A stretch of DNA of 64,000 nucleotides from Spirochaetia bacterium (lineage in GTDB: Bacteria; Spirochaetota; Spirochaetia; SP-2023), in NCBI GenBank assembly GCA_965263295.1, contig OZ253665.1:1760001-1824000 (forward strand). The letters are read 5' to 3'. Positions 21,728 to 31,131 of this stretch are shown one piece after another (positions within the stretch are counted from its first letter, which is position 1; each line of letters opens with the position of its first letter). Under the pieces are notes generated by a model. The model was not told where the DNA came from. It made no database searches and saw only the letters and a list, made by a program, of their open reading frames with translations. The translations under genes were made by a program, and so were the position numbers.

Positions 21728-21982
21728 TTATTTTTGGCCCAGATACCGATTAATTTGCCACTTGCGATCGGCCCACTTCATCAAAAGCCGAGAGCTAAAA
21801 AACGAGGCGACAAATGAGAGTATCAAGGGAAGCAATATTATAGAGCTGCCATAATGCTCCAAATAATCATGCAAAAAATACAAAGTCATAAACAGCAAGA
21901 CAACAAAATACAAAATAATAATCATCAGGTTTGCAACTGTAGTCAACAGTAGCAATAATAAGGCCGTTTGCCTGTTCGTCAT
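21728..21982 (-). CDS. Small two-TM membrane protein
   Basis: 84 aa, two hydrophobic helices, GGAG RBS, directly downstream of parC. Confidence 0.75.
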   Translation of the reverse strand: MTNRQTALLLLLLTTVANLMIIILYFVVLLFMTLYFLHDYLEHYGSSIILLPLILSFVASFFSSRLLMKWADRKWQINRYLGQK

Positions 21983-22004
21983 AGTCTCAACTCCGTTTTG
22001 TCAC

Positions 22005-24368
22005 TTAAAACAAATCTCCACTGGACTTATCCGAATCATCGGCAGGGGCCGATTTCCCGCGGACACCGGACTTCAGGTTCTGTCGATGCCCCGCTCGTTG
22101 TTCCGATGACTCTTTAGGGATCTCGGTCAATTGGGATGCCCCGGATGCCCCGGATGCTCCGGACACTTTGGATATCTTCGGCGCCGGGGCCGCGGGACGA
22201 AAGTCTGGAGCCAACACAGAATCGACAGAATCGGAACTAGCGAGAAGTTCTTCTAGTTCACGCTGCGTGATCGTTTTTATCGAAACCGTTTTCTGCTTGC
22301 GCAACAGCTGGCCGCGCGCCTTGAGGTTTTTTTGCGGCAGGTCGACAAAGCGATAGTGCCACAACTGAGTCTCTTGAGGCTCAGCAGAATTAGGCGCCTC
22401 AGTCGGCTTGCCATTCGCTCCTGCGCCAGCCTGAAACAGCACGGCGAAAGCCGCGGCTTTCGCCGCGGGCTGGGCTAGCATGCCAGGCAACTCAAACAGT
22501 TTCAGCCTCTGTTCTTTGAGTGCAATTTCTTCTTTACTACCCCTATCCGTTTGCAGAAGCTGCCTTTCCAGTTGAGCCAGTTCCGCGCCGAGCTCATTGC
22601 TCTGGGCCACAAAACTCAAGAGCCTGGCCCCCTTGGGAATGATCTCATATTGCTTACCCAATATGTAGCCACCAAAACGGATGCGCTTGGCATAGGCGTA
22701 AAGATTTTCCTCGTCGCGGTAAAATACCGCAGCATCCAACTTAGCCAGTTCATCTTTATCCGCCAGGTGACAAAAAGTTAGGTCTTTACCGACAAATAAT
22801 TTTTCGGGCACATCAAAGACGCTGTAGTTGCCGTTACGGCACAGCGACAGAATGCGATCGTAGGGCGAGCAGGCAAAAAGCTCAATGCCATCCTTGAGAC
22901 CGTAACCTAAAAAACCTTCCTTGCTGTCATAACGCAAAAGCTGGTCGCGCCGGGCCGCCTGCCGCACATCCACCTTGGCAAAACTACTCAATTCCGTTTT
23001 GCGCTCGTAAGTCGAACCAAATTCTTTGAGCAGCCCATCCAGATAATTCAGGGAGTACTTCGTTAAATTGAGCAGGTGCCTTTGTACCTGACGGAGGCGC
23101 TTTTCCATCTCGCGCAGCTCTTTCTGCATCCGCTCAATATCATAAAGCGAAATTCGGCGGATTGGGATACGCAGCAAGTCGGCCAGTTCAGTCTTGGTCA
23201 CCGGCCGCCCCAATGCAGCGCCTTCGGCACAATATGGCTCTAGGCCGGCCAGAATACTTTGTTCAATTTCCTTGAGTTTCTTCAGCCCTTCAATGCGCTC
23301 GTAGAGCTTGTCCTCGATGAAAATGCGCTCCAGATTGCGACTAAAAATATGTTGCCGCAGATCGCGGGCTTCCAGCTCCAATTCGGCGCGCAGAATTTCC
23401 TTGAGGCGCTGACAGGAGTAGCGCACCACCGTGTTGACATCAAGCTCCACCGGACGTTTGTTCTCGTGGTCATCAATAGTCAGCAAGTTGCAGGAAATTG
23501 AGACCTCACAGTCGGTAAACGCATATAAAGCCTCAAGTTGTTCTTCGGCGCTGACGCCGCGCGGCAATTGCAGCACGATTTCGACTTCTTCGGCGGTAAA
23601 ATTTTGAATGGTCTGAACGCGGATGCGATTTTTTTTGACCGCAGCCTCCAGCGAGGCAATCAGTGATTCAGTAGTGACGCCGTAAGGCAGTTCGCGGATA
23701 ACAATCTGCGCGGGGCCACATTCCAGGCGGGCCCGCGACAAAACTTTGCCGCTACCGCAGTTGTATTGCGAAGCGTCGAGCAGCCCGCCGGTGGGAAAGT
23801 CGGGCAACAACTCAAAATCCTGGCCCTTCAGCTCGGCACACATCGCCTGGATGACTTCCTGAAAATTGTGGGGCATAATGCGAGTGGACATGCCCACGGC
23901 AATACCTTCGGCACCGAGTAGCAAGAGGAACGGCAACTTGGCCGGCAAGGCGATGGGCTCGTTGCGACGGCCGTCGTAAGAGGGCAGAAACTCGGTAACT
24001 TCGAGATTGAACAAGGTACGGCGGGCCAGATCGGTCAAGCGGCACTCAATATAACGGGCCGCCGAAGCCGGATCGCCCGTGTAAATGTTGCCGAAGTTAC
24101 CCTGCTTTTCAATGAACAACTCTTTGTTGGCCAGATTGACCAGAGCCCCGTAAATTGAAGCGTCACCGTGGGGATGGTACTGCATGCAGTGCCCCACGAC
24201 GTTGGCCACTTTGTGGAATTTGCCATCGTCCATGTCCCACAAGGACTGCAAAATACGGCGTTGCACGGGCTTGAGGCCATCGGCCAAACTGGGGATGGCT
24301 CGGTCGCGGATCACGTACGAGGCGTATTGGATAAAATGGTCGCAAAACAATTCTTCAATGTAGGCCAT
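22005..24368 (-). CDS. parC: DNA topoisomerase IV subunit A
   Basis: YASYVIRDRAIP..DGLKPVQRRIL, YHPHGDAS, PASAARYIECRL (catalytic Tyr), GIAVGMST; start set at MAYIEE (24368). Confidence 0.92.
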   Translation of the reverse strand: MAYIEELFCDHFIQYASYVIRDRAIPSLADGLKPVQRRILQSLWDMDDGKFHKVANVVGHCMQYHPHGDASIYGALVNLANKELFIEKQGNFGNIYTGDPASAARYIECRLTDLARRTLFNLEVTEFLPSYDGRRNEPIALPAKLPFLLLLGAEGIAVGMSTRIMPHNFQEVIQAMCAELKGQDFELLPDFPTGGLLDASQYNCGSGKVLSRARLECGPAQIVIRELPYGVTTESLIASLEAAVKKNRIRVQTIQNFTAEEVEIVLQLPRGVSAEEQLEALYAFTDCEVSISCNLLTIDDHENKRPVELDVNTVVRYSCQRLKEILRAELELEARDLRQHIFSRNLERIFIEDKLYERIEGLKKLKEIEQSILAGLEPYCAEGAALGRPVTKTELADLLRIPIRRISLYDIERMQKELREMEKRLRQVQRHLLNLTKYSLNYLDGLLKEFGSTYERKTELSSFAKVDVRQAARRDQLLRYDSKEGFLGYGLKDGIELFACSPYDRILSLCRNGNYSVFDVPEKLFVGKDLTFCHLADKDELAKLDAAVFYRDEENLYAYAKRIRFGGYILGKQYEIIPKGARLLSFVAQSNELGAELAQLERQLLQTDRGSKEEIALKEQRLKLFELPGMLAQPAAKAAAFAVLFQAGAGANGKPTEAPNSAEPQETQLWHYRFVDLPQKNLKARGQLLRKQKTVSIKTITQRELEELLASSDSVDSVLAPDFRPAAPAPKISKVSGASGASGASQLTEIPKESSEQRAGHRQNLKSGVRGKSAPADDSDKSSGDLF

Positions 24369-24477
24369 ACGCCACAGACTATAATGGGGCAAGCGGCCAA
24401 TAGCAAGCAAAGGCCCGCAATAGAAAACGGGTACGGCAAATTGCCTTGCGCCTTGCGAGCCAGTAATATAGAGGCTC

Positions 24478-25752
24478 ATGCCACAAGCTTCGCCGGATCC
24501 AAGACTTCCCGCTACCCCTGTCGCCTCGCGCCAGTGGACAATTGTCGGCGGGGGCTTACAAGGTTGCCACTTCGCAACTTTGTTGATCCAGCATTACGGA
24601 TATGCCAACGTGGCCATAATCGACGAGCAACCGCGCCTGCTGCAACGCTGGCTACAACGCAGTGCGGCTTGCCGCATGAAATTCATGCGCTCAACTTCCA
24701 TGCACCACCTGGCGCCTAATCCCGGCGACCTGCTCGACTTTGCCCGACTGCGCGGCTACGGCTCAGAGCACTTTAGCGAGCCCTACCTACGCCCTTCGCT
24801 GACATTATTTAACGCCCACTGCCAAGAAGTTTTACAAAGTTTCCGCCTGGCCGCACTACACCTGCGAGGGCGGATTTACAGTCTGGAACGCAGCCGCGAC
24901 GGCTGGCTGTTGCGCTACGACAGACAGGATGGCAGCACGGCTGAACTGCAAAGTGAAAACGTGATACTCGCCTTGGGAGACCAAGGCGAGTGCTGGGGTG
25001 AATTCCAACCGAACGGGCAGACCTGGCACCTGAGCGCCCCGAACTTTTCTCTCGAAACCGTGCTGGCGCAAGTGCGCAAGCGACGCGAAATAGACAAGCG
25101 ATGCGAAAAAGAATTAGACAATTCAATGCCCGATCAGGCCGCCGACATCTGCCTAGTCGGCGGCGGCATCAGCTCCGCACAGCTGGCCATCTATCTGCTG
25201 GAACAGGGCTTCACAGTACAAATACACAGACGCTATGCTTTGCGAAGCTTCCAGTTCGACAGCGAACCGGGCTGGCTTTTCAAGTACCTGGGCGACTTTC
25301 AAGCTGAAGCGGACTTGCAGAAGCGCTGGCAGATTATCGTAGAGGAACGGCACAAAGGTACCATTCCACCCCGACTCTACGAGCGGCTACTGGAATTTGA
25401 AAGACGGGGGCAACTTATTTTAAAATACCCAGAAGACAATGCAGGTCACTCCGATTCGGCAGCAAACTTGCCGGCGGTTCTAGCCACGGGTTTACACTAC
25501 GAAACTCCGTCCTGGCTCTTGACCCTGGCCCGCGAGTTAGGCTTGCCACTGCTCGATACAGCTGCTGGGCCCAAGCCGGCTTTAAGGCAAAGTCTGGAAT
25601 GGGACAAGCAGAAAGCTGGCGGCCTCTACCTAGCCGGGCGCTTGGGGGAGCTATTCCTGGGCCCGGCAGCAGGTAACATTGCCGGAGCGCGGGTGGCCGC
25701 GCGATATTTGCCCTTGAAAATCAGGCATTCCGCATCATTTTCAGACAAATAA
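24478..25752 (+). CDS. FAD/NAD(P)-binding oxidoreductase
   Basis: Two Rossmann motifs IVGGGLQG and LVGGGISSAQ, LATG, C-terminal LGPAAGNIAGAR. Confidence 0.85.
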   Translation: MPQASPDPRLPATPVASRQWTIVGGGLQGCHFATLLIQHYGYANVAIIDEQPRLLQRWLQRSAACRMKFMRSTSMHHLAPNPGDLLDFARLRGYGSEHFSEPYLRPSLTLFNAHCQEVLQSFRLAALHLRGRIYSLERSRDGWLLRYDRQDGSTAELQSENVILALGDQGECWGEFQPNGQTWHLSAPNFSLETVLAQVRKRREIDKRCEKELDNSMPDQAADICLVGGGISSAQLAIYLLEQGFTVQIHRRYALRSFQFDSEPGWLFKYLGDFQAEADLQKRWQIIVEERHKGTIPPRLYERLLEFERRGQLILKYPEDNAGHSDSAANLPAVLATGLHYETPSWLLTLARELGLPLLDTAAGPKPALRQSLEWDKQKAGGLYLAGRLGELFLGPAAGNIAGARVAARYLPLKIRHSASFSDK

Positions 25753-25983
25753 TGCGTTGCGTAAGGACCCAGAATGCACCATGCAACGTGCCATGAAACG
25801 TGCCATGCATTTCCGGGAATCTGCGAATAACTTGTGAATAAACTTAGACATAGCTAAATATTAAAGTGAACAAAGCGCAAGTTAAGAGCAAAATTCCTTG
25901 TCGGCCTCTGTATCCCTCCCTATATTAGAAACAAGTCAAGAAATCGAAAAATCAGTCTGACGGTTAAAAATAGGAGATCAATA

Positions 25984-26391
25984 ATGGAAATTAATGTAAG
26001 CACTGCCGGGCAGCAAAAGCTCATCGATTTTCTCGAAGATTGCGATTATCTGGTAGAACAGTTGAGCGATAATATTTTGGCGGTCAAAGCTGTCGGCGGG
26101 CCAAGTATCTATGTCGCTCAAGAGAACATTGGAGAAACAGCTAGCTTGTACTTTGAGCTGAGCCTTGGCCCCGTGGGCAAGCTAGGGGAAAACGCCAACT
26201 TGTTGTATAAGCTACTCAATTTAAACAGCGAGATTGCGCCGGTCAGCGTAGCCATCAACACTGAATGCGCAGAACCGACATTCTGCTTGGTGGAGCGTCT
26301 GTCTGCCGATAACTTGGATAGCAACGAATTGCTGGCCGTACTTGAAGGTCTGGGCTTGGCTTGCCTGCGCCTACAGCAGTTGCTTGATTAA
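25984..26391 (+). CDS. YjfI/DUF2170-like (type III secretion chaperone-fold) protein
   Basis: 135-aa acidic protein with the LLYKLLNLN...LSADNLDSNEL pattern; AGGAG RBS; upstream of a PspA homolog as in yjfI-yjfJ. Confidence 0.65.
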   Translation: MEINVSTAGQQKLIDFLEDCDYLVEQLSDNILAVKAVGGPSIYVAQENIGETASLYFELSLGPVGKLGENANLLYKLLNLNSEIAPVSVAINTECAEPTFCLVERLSADNLDSNELLAVLEGLGLACLRLQQLLD

Positions 26392-26407
26392 TCGCGAGAA
26401 ATTTTAC

Positions 26408-26657
26408 AGGAGATTTATTATGTAAATACTTTTACACATGTTTAAAAAATTTAAAGGAGATTCATTGTGGGAATACTTTCACGCATGTTTAAAATTGTTC
26501 AGGCCGAGGCCAATCAGAGGTTGAGCAAAAAAAAACTTTAAGCAGATTTATTAATTTTATAATCAAACTTTTGATTATTCTGATCAAATTTTTAAGGAGA
26601 TTTATTATGGGAATACTTTCACGCATGTTTAAAATTGGCCAGGCCGAGGCCAATCAG
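26408..26657 (+). repeat. Three direct copies of the pspA RBS and start region
   Basis: aggagatttatt-ATGTAA-atacttttacacatgtttaaaa (26408); aggagattcatt-GTG-ggaatactttcacgcatgtttaaaattgttcaggccgaggccaatcag (26455); aggagatttatt-ATG-ggaatactttcacgcatgtttaaaattggccaggccgaggccaatcag (26595). Confidence 0.95.
26467..26541 (+). CDS. Putative 24-aa mini-ORF duplicating the PspA N-terminus
   Basis: AGGAGA RBS + GTG; MGILSRMFKIVQAEANQRLSKKKL*; translation is unproven. Confidence 0.4.
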   Translation: MGILSRMFKIVQAEANQRLSKKKL

Positions 26658-27284
26658 CTACTCGACAAAATGGAAAAACCAGACAAAATGATTGACCAGG
26701 CAATTCGGGATCGCGAGAAACAAATAGCCGAAGCTCGCGCGGCCATTGTCAAAGTCATTGCCACAGAAAAACAAACTAAAGCCGAGTTGGACCGAGCCCT
26801 GAGGACTAAGGACGATTGGACCCGCAAGGCGGAGCTAGCCCTGCGTGCCGGCAAAGAGGATTTAGCGGCGCAGGCGCTGCAACGCGCCGAAGAATGCGAG
26901 CGCGAAGCCGGGGTATACCAGCCGCAGTGGCAGACTCAGCATGCCGAAAGCGCCAAACTTAAACAGGCCCTGCAAGAAATGGAAAGAGATTTGACATCAC
27001 TCAAGCGCGAGCGCAACCTGATCGTGGCTCAGAGCAAGGCCGCTGAAGTCAAACAAGATATTTACAACGCCAAAGCCAAGGTCGGAAAATCCAACACGGA
27101 TGACTTGATTGAGCGCATGAGGGCAAAAGCCCAGCAGAGCTCTCACGAAGCCGACGCTGCCGGAGAGCTGCTGCAAAACGACGGCGCAAATGCCCTGGAA
27201 AAGGAATTCGCCAACCTTGAACAACAGCAAGTCTCCAGCTCTGTCGCCGAGAAATTGGCAGCCATGAAGGCCCAAATGAACTGA
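26607..27284 (+). CDS. pspA: PspA/IM30 family protein
   Basis: MGILSRM..., MEKPDKMIDQAIRD, AELALRAGKEDLAAQAL, coiled coil; AAGGAG RBS before ATG 26607. Confidence 0.93.
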   Translation: MGILSRMFKIGQAEANQLLDKMEKPDKMIDQAIRDREKQIAEARAAIVKVIATEKQTKAELDRALRTKDDWTRKAELALRAGKEDLAAQALQRAEECEREAGVYQPQWQTQHAESAKLKQALQEMERDLTSLKRERNLIVAQSKAAEVKQDIYNAKAKVGKSNTDDLIERMRAKAQQSSHEADAAGELLQNDGANALEKEFANLEQQQVSSSVAEKLAAMKAQMN

Positions 27285-27294
27285 TGGCAATTAA

Positions 27295-27366
27295 CCTTTA
27301 AAACTTAAAAAATAAAGCGGAGACGTTTCAAAAACGGCCCCCCTTATTTTAAAAAAGTTTTAAAGG
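27295..27366. terminator. Long inverted repeat between convergent pspA and PTS genes (probable bidirectional terminator)
   Basis: cctttaaaactt / aagttttaaagg outer arms; inner aaaataa/ttatttt and cgttt/aaacg pairs. Confidence 0.6.
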
Positions 27367-27369
27367 ATT

Positions 27370-27840
27370 TTATGCTGAATCCTTACCATTTAGTTCTTCA
27401 AACAGAACCTGTAGTTCCGCAATGGTCTTGGCGTGCCGCATCTTTTGCAGGCGCACTTCATCATCCAGCAATTCGACAACCTGCACGATGGAACTCTCGT
27501 TCTGGGTTTCGGCATCCTTTGCCGCTAAAGTCACCAGAATGTCTACCGGATCATTGTCTGGATCACCAAAATTCACTGGCGTTTTCAGCGTCACGAGGGC
27601 AAAACTGTTTTCCAACACTCCGCCTTCAGGTCGCGCGTGGGGCATGGCAATACCTGGCGCCAGAAGAAAATAAGGACCTAATGTCTCCACATTGTCGACG
27701 ATCGCACGAAAATATTCAGGTTTTACCGTTCCTGCCTTTTCCAATAGATCGGTGCCGAGTCGCACCGCCTCCTGCCAATTGGCCGCCTCGGCCTGTAACA
27801 GAATGGTATTTTTCGACAGTAAATGCTCTGTTAAGTTCAT
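27370..27840 (-). CDS. PTS EIIA component (ascorbate/UlaC-like)
   Basis: GPYFLLAPGIAMPHARPEGGV phospho-His motif. Confidence 0.9.
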   Translation of the reverse strand: MNLTEHLLSKNTILLQAEAANWQEAVRLGTDLLEKAGTVKPEYFRAIVDNVETLGPYFLLAPGIAMPHARPEGGVLENSFALVTLKTPVNFGDPDNDPVDILVTLAAKDAETQNESSIVQVVELLDDEVRLQKMRHAKTIAELQVLFEELNGKDSA

Positions 27841-27848
27841 AAGATATC

Positions 27849-28136
27849 TCAGTCTTTCTGAACCAGTTTTTTTAATTCTTCGCCGTAACTTTGGACATTC
27901 AGCATATTCTTTACCGCTATCACAGTCGTTTGTTCAGGCACCTTGCCCAGCTCTTCTACAAGCTGCGTCGAACATATTACCGCGTCATAATTAGGAATAC
28001 TGCTCTTTCCTTCCGACAGACCATCGCTGTCGATCACGAGATCCAGCTTGTTCTCCTTGGCAAAATTTTTGACCTTCAGTTTCATCATTACGCTGGTCCC
28101 GACTCCCGTACCACATAAAATTAATACTTTTTTCAC
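27849..28136 (-). CDS. PTS EIIB component (UlaB-like)
   Basis: LILCGTGVGTSVM phospho-Cys motif; GTG start. Confidence 0.9.
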   Translation of the reverse strand: MKKVLILCGTGVGTSVMMKLKVKNFAKENKLDLVIDSDGLSEGKSSIPNYDAVICSTQLVEELGKVPEQTTVIAVKNMLNVQSYGEELKKLVQKD

Positions 28137-28168
28137 AATCTACTCCCATCAACATTCATTATTATTGC

Positions 28169-28189
28169 GGGCAGAGCGATGCTCTGCCC
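28169..28189. other. GC-rich intercistronic hairpin
   Basis: gggcagagc-gat-gctctgccc; no U-tract in the transcribed direction, so more likely an mRNA-stability element than a terminator. Confidence 0.5.
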
Positions 28190-28217
28190 CATCGCAAAAC
28201 TTAATCCGAAACCTATT

Positions 28218-29588
28218 TTATTGAACACCGATCAAAGTGCCAATGGCCTTCAATACCAGGGCAAATGCCAGCCATACGGTTTCAAAGTCCGTGTTGTTAA
28301 TCCAGCCTTGGAAATCGCTGATTGCGGGGTTGGCGAGGCCGCTTAAACTAGCCATAAAGGCACCCACGACAATCTGCACAAAACCTGAAAGCATACAGAA
28401 GACGACGACAGCCCGCGAGCCACCATATTTATTGGCGTATACGGCTATCGTCGCGTGGTCAAAAAACATGGCGATAAAGCCGGGGATGGCCAGGATGGGC
28501 GAACTGAAGATTATCAATACCGCAACGCCGAGAAAACTGCCTACGGCGCCGAACAAGAAGCCGAACAGAATGGTGACCGGATGGGCAAAACCGTAGATCG
28601 CGGCGCAGTCAATACCGACGTATGCGCCCGGAAGTAGCCTTTGGCGAAGCCCTTCAAAGGATTGCTGGAGCTCGGCAACAAACATCTTAACACCCAGCAG
28701 AATCATGCAAAGGGCGACGGGAAAGGCCATGGTCGTAAGAATGAGCCGCGTGATCCAATTTTTGCCGGCAAGCCCTTTCATGTCATTAATCGCCTCAGGA
28801 CCGAGAAGCAACATGATGACGCCGATAAAGATGAACATGATAATTCCCGATGAGACCGTTCTGTCTTGCAATATTCTCAAATAGGGGGGCAGGTGCTCCG
28901 ACCAGTTTTCAATGCTCTTCTCAGGAGTGCCAACTTTGGGGCCCAATTTATAGGCTAGCCAATCGGCAAACATCTGCTGGTGGGCAATGGAGAAGCCGGC
29001 ACCGCCAGTAATTTCTTCGGTGGGCTTGAGCAGCATGGTGCCTAGATAGCCCCAGTAAAGGGCGAGAAACAGACCCGCGACGGAAACGGTGCCCCACAGG
29101 CCAAAACCCAGGAAGTAGTGCACGAACCAGGTCGCGACGACAGAATGCATGTACATCATGTGCCCGGTAGTATAAATCACCTTCATCTTCGTAACCTTAT
29201 GCAAAAATACAAAGATCAGATTCAGGACAAAAGCAATCACCAGGGTATAGCCGACCCAGGCGAGGCCATCGACATTGACGCCATTGACCAAAACACTTTT
29301 CTGCAGCGCCGAACTCGCGGCGGGCAGGCCGCCTCCTTCAGGGGAAAAGAAAACTCCCTGTATGTTGAATTTATCGACAAAGGCATTGAGTATCGGACGG
29401 AAATTGACCACAAGCAAGCCCGTTCCCGCCTGCAGTATGCGAAAACCCACTATAGTTTTGATCACGCCTGCAAGGGTTTCCGAAAAACTCGACCTCAAGG
29501 CAATATACCCTATCAGAGTCAGAAAACCCAAGAAGATTGAAGGCTCGCCTAAAAAGCCTTCAAAAAATATATTTATTATTTCCTGCAT
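28218..29588 (-). CDS. ulaA: PTS ascorbate-family EIIC component
   Basis: IKTIVGF, IYTTGHMM, FSIAHQQMF, GVKMFVAELQQSFEG, IDCAAIYGF motifs; C-B-A order as in ulaABC. Confidence 0.9.
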   Translation of the reverse strand: MQEIINIFFEGFLGEPSIFLGFLTLIGYIALRSSFSETLAGVIKTIVGFRILQAGTGLLVVNFRPILNAFVDKFNIQGVFFSPEGGGLPAASSALQKSVLVNGVNVDGLAWVGYTLVIAFVLNLIFVFLHKVTKMKVIYTTGHMMYMHSVVATWFVHYFLGFGLWGTVSVAGLFLALYWGYLGTMLLKPTEEITGGAGFSIAHQQMFADWLAYKLGPKVGTPEKSIENWSEHLPPYLRILQDRTVSSGIIMFIFIGVIMLLLGPEAINDMKGLAGKNWITRLILTTMAFPVALCMILLGVKMFVAELQQSFEGLRQRLLPGAYVGIDCAAIYGFAHPVTILFGFLFGAVGSFLGVAVLIIFSSPILAIPGFIAMFFDHATIAVYANKYGGSRAVVVFCMLSGFVQIVVGAFMASLSGLANPAISDFQGWINNTDFETVWLAFALVLKAIGTLIGVQ

Positions 29589-29712
29589 AATAAAGTCTCC
29601 TTTTTGATTTTGAAATGCATAGTTGCGATAATCCCTCCACTAGATTTTGTCATCAACAAGATAAGATGGTCATTAGCGAAATTCCTCCTTATTTTCTCCG
29701 ATTATTTATTTT

Positions 29713-29745
29713 CGATTAAGATCATTTTGATCACTTTAAGATCAT
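29713..29745. promoter_or_regulatory. Putative repressor operator upstream of the PTS operon
   Basis: ttaagatcat-tttgatcact-ttaagatcat; GATCA repeated with ~10-bp period, resembling DeoR-family direct-repeat sites (inference). Confidence 0.35.
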
Positions 29746-30008
29746 AACACACAATTTGAAATTCACAAGAAGAAAATATCCAAAAATGTAAAAAAGAATG
29801 AAAATAACGGATTATTTGATATATAATTGCAAGCATTCCAAAGTGTAGAGGCTCGCAAGCTTATATTTCTGTATTCGCTCTATACAACGTTTTTATATCG
29901 GATTATAATAATACATTATCGTGATAAGACTTGCAATTTTTAATTCTGTTTTTCGATTCTGTCTTGTCATTCTGTCTGGATGCGCGAATCCCCTAAAAGG
30001 AGCTTGAA

Positions 30009-31031
30009 ATGAAAGCATTAGTGAAACGCGAAAGGGCGGTTGGACTCAGTCTGGAGGATGTCCCCGTTCCCGAATTTGGGGATTCAGATGTCCGTATTCG
30101 CGTTGCGCACAGCGCCATTTGCGGTACGGACGTCCATATTTACTCCTGGGATGCCTGGGCGGCCCAAACGATTCCGGTGCCCATGGTAGTCGGGCACGAA
30201 TTTGTCGGGCATATTGAAGCTGTCGGAAAGGATGTAAAGAATTATAAAGTCGGCGATCGGGTCACGGCGGAAGGGCATATAACTTGTGGGTACTGTCGCA
30301 ACTGCCTGACAGGGCGTGGGCATATTTGCCAGAACTCAAAAGGACTGGGCGTCAATCGGCCCGGAGCATTTGCCGAGTATGTCGTGATGCCGGTAAAAAA
30401 CCTGTGGGCATTGCCCGACCAGATACCGGACGCCGTGGCAGCCTGTTTTGACCCGCTGGGCAATGCCGTCCACACGGCACTTTCCTTCGACGTGCGCGGC
30501 GAAGATGTCCTAATCACCGGGGCGGGACCGATTGGCTTGATGGGAGTGGCAATTGCACGATTTTGCGGCGCTAGAAAGGTCGTCGTCAGCGATGTCAATC
30601 CATTTCGTCTGGCGATGGCAAAGCAGCTCGGCGCCCTGGTGGTGAATCCAGAGGAAACCGCCGTCGCCGATTTTGCCAAGCATATTGGCGTCAAAGAAGG
30701 TTTTGATGTGGGCTTGGAGATGTCTGGCAACCCTTTGGCTTTTCGCGATATGACGCAGAACATGATCCATGGCGGCAGAATTGCCATGCTGGGTCTGTTC
30801 AAGGAAGCCTTTGTCGTAGATTGGAACAGTTTTATCTTCAACGGACTGGTCTTTAAGGGCATTACCGGCCGCAAAATGTTTGAAACCTGGTATAAAATGA
30901 CTGGGCTCGTCGAGGCTGGCCTCAATATTGCACCGATCATCACGCATCAACTCCCTTACACAGAATATGAAAAAGGGTTTTCTACCATTCTTTCTGGTCA
31001 GGCCGGCAAAATTGTCCTCGACTGGATCTAA
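30009..31031 (+). CDS. tdh: L-threonine 3-dehydrogenase
   Basis: AICGTDVHIY.WD.WA, GHEF, EGHITCGYCRNC, DPLGNAVHTALSFD, GRKMFETWYKM. Confidence 0.97.
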   Translation: MKALVKRERAVGLSLEDVPVPEFGDSDVRIRVAHSAICGTDVHIYSWDAWAAQTIPVPMVVGHEFVGHIEAVGKDVKNYKVGDRVTAEGHITCGYCRNCLTGRGHICQNSKGLGVNRPGAFAEYVVMPVKNLWALPDQIPDAVAACFDPLGNAVHTALSFDVRGEDVLITGAGPIGLMGVAIARFCGARKVVVSDVNPFRLAMAKQLGALVVNPEETAVADFAKHIGVKEGFDVGLEMSGNPLAFRDMTQNMIHGGRIAMLGLFKEAFVVDWNSFIFNGLVFKGITGRKMFETWYKMTGLVEAGLNIAPIITHQLPYTEYEKGFSTILSGQAGKIVLDWI

Positions 31032-31131
31032 GACGAAAAGAAATAAACAGCACGGCTCAAAGCCGATTTAAAGCAAATTTAAAGCGGAAATTGCCGCGAG
31101 CAGAAGCATTATTTTGCGAGAGGAATATTTT

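Noticed and set aside
25779..25809. Sigma54 promoter for the psp module (TGGCAC repeats)
   Set aside because: Wrong strand and wrong spacing to TTGC; explained by a 12-bp tandem repeat
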